The translations under genes and the position numbers were made by a program. DNA of 62,838 bases, the filler included, from Chiloscyllium plagiosum (lineage: Eukaryota), in the NCBI RefSeq assembly GCF_004010195.1. It is 3 parts of one record of this genome, joined end to end, with 100 filler letters (N's around TTAATTAATTAA, not from the genome) between each part and the next. Parts side by side here need not be neighbours in the genome. Positions count along the whole stretch, not along the records: positions 57,615 to 62,838 come from NC_057710.1; 2 more parts are not named here. One strand, 5' to 3'. Below, piece by piece: positions 62,292 to 62,838 of the stretch (its first letter is position 1; the number at the start of each line of letters is the position of its first letter). The notes under the pieces are model-generated. The model was not told the DNA's origin, searched no databases, and worked only from the letters and a program-made list of their open reading frames with translations.

Positions 62292-62838
62292 ATGAAGAGT
62301 GCGAGCAGCAGCAGAGTGTAAAGGAACCCAGACGGCTACAGTTAAGGTGAGACAGTTTGTTTTAAAATTACTTACCAGTAGCGGGCAGCGGTGTTTTTTA
62401 TTCTCTCTTCACAGAAAGAGCGGGAGCAGCAGGGGGAAGTGCCGACGACCAGAGGGGCAGCCGGATAGGTTTTTTTCCCTAGAAAAGCGCGCAGGAGAAG
62501 AACCCGAGGCACTACAGAGGTAGTGCCTCCCACCCTCCCTCCTCCTCTAACCTAATAATAAGACCCGTTGTGGTAAGTAGGTAAGTGCTGCATTTTGCTT
62601 GTTCTATTCTTTAGACCCAGTTTTTTTTTAAAAAAAGGTTACTTTTCGAGGGATGGCAGTGAAGGCAGTGCAATGTTCCTCTTACAGCATGTTTGAGGTG
62701 AGGGATGCCATGGACGTCCCTGCTGATTACACTTGCAGGAAGTGCACCCATCTCCAGCTCCTCCAAGACCGTGTTAGCGAACTGGAGCTGGAGTTGGATG
62801 AACTTAGGATCATTCGGGACGCAGAGGGGGTCATAGAT
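62292..62838 (+). mobile_element. Second CR1 5' end (5'UTR and ORF1 start), running off the window
   Basis: MAVKAVQCSSYSMFEV..YTCRKCTHLQLLQDRVSELELELDELRII, a paralogue of 59638-59820. Confidence 0.9.

Noticed and set aside
17757..62838. TAPT1 first exon or CpG-island promoter
   Set aside because: I found no GC-rich exon or ETLGFYE-like peptide. The CpG-richer patches are young TEs, so the exon is probably beyond the window or in a gap.
1..62838. CRISPR array, operon or prokaryotic defence system
   Set aside because: No regularly spaced repeats or intact multi-gene cassette. The sequence is vertebrate intron and TE, and every RT or nuclease motif belongs to a decayed transposon.

Overview
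Eukaryotic, repeat-dense vertebrate DNA, most likely from a shark or other elasmobranch (inferred from HE1/V-SINE-type SINEs and the mix of CR1, Penelope and L1 repeats). The only host gene I can support is TAPT1 on the minus strand: two internal coding exons at 17626-17756 (LSLLRFISAELTRGYLLEHNEAKYKERREKVYTCLRIPRELEK) and 281-399 (LMFFGFFLCLDAFLYLFTLLPLRVLLALMRFITLPCCGL), both with AG/GT boundaries and neither called in the ORF track. The first exon was not found, so the rest is probably intron. That sequence is nested, mostly decayed transposable elements: a full-length L1 with target-site duplication (TSD), a second L1 5' half, many CR1-type LINE pieces, a single-ORF LINE with a tRNA-like head, two Gypsy remnants, a solo LTR, hAT and Harbinger remnants, SINEs and many Penelope-like element (PLE) pieces. 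The most interesting signals are ~140-bp PLE-tail insertions with TSDs, minimal hammerhead ribozyme cores, inverted PLE structures at two scales (a ~1-kb pair and a perfect 50-bp hairpin), a SINE that looks like an internal deletion of the tRNA-headed LINE, and a local templated insertion. Three assembly gaps, two with an artificial TTAATTAATTAA linker, limit claims about contiguity. I see no wholly new protein-coding system. All family assignments come from motif recognition, not database searches.
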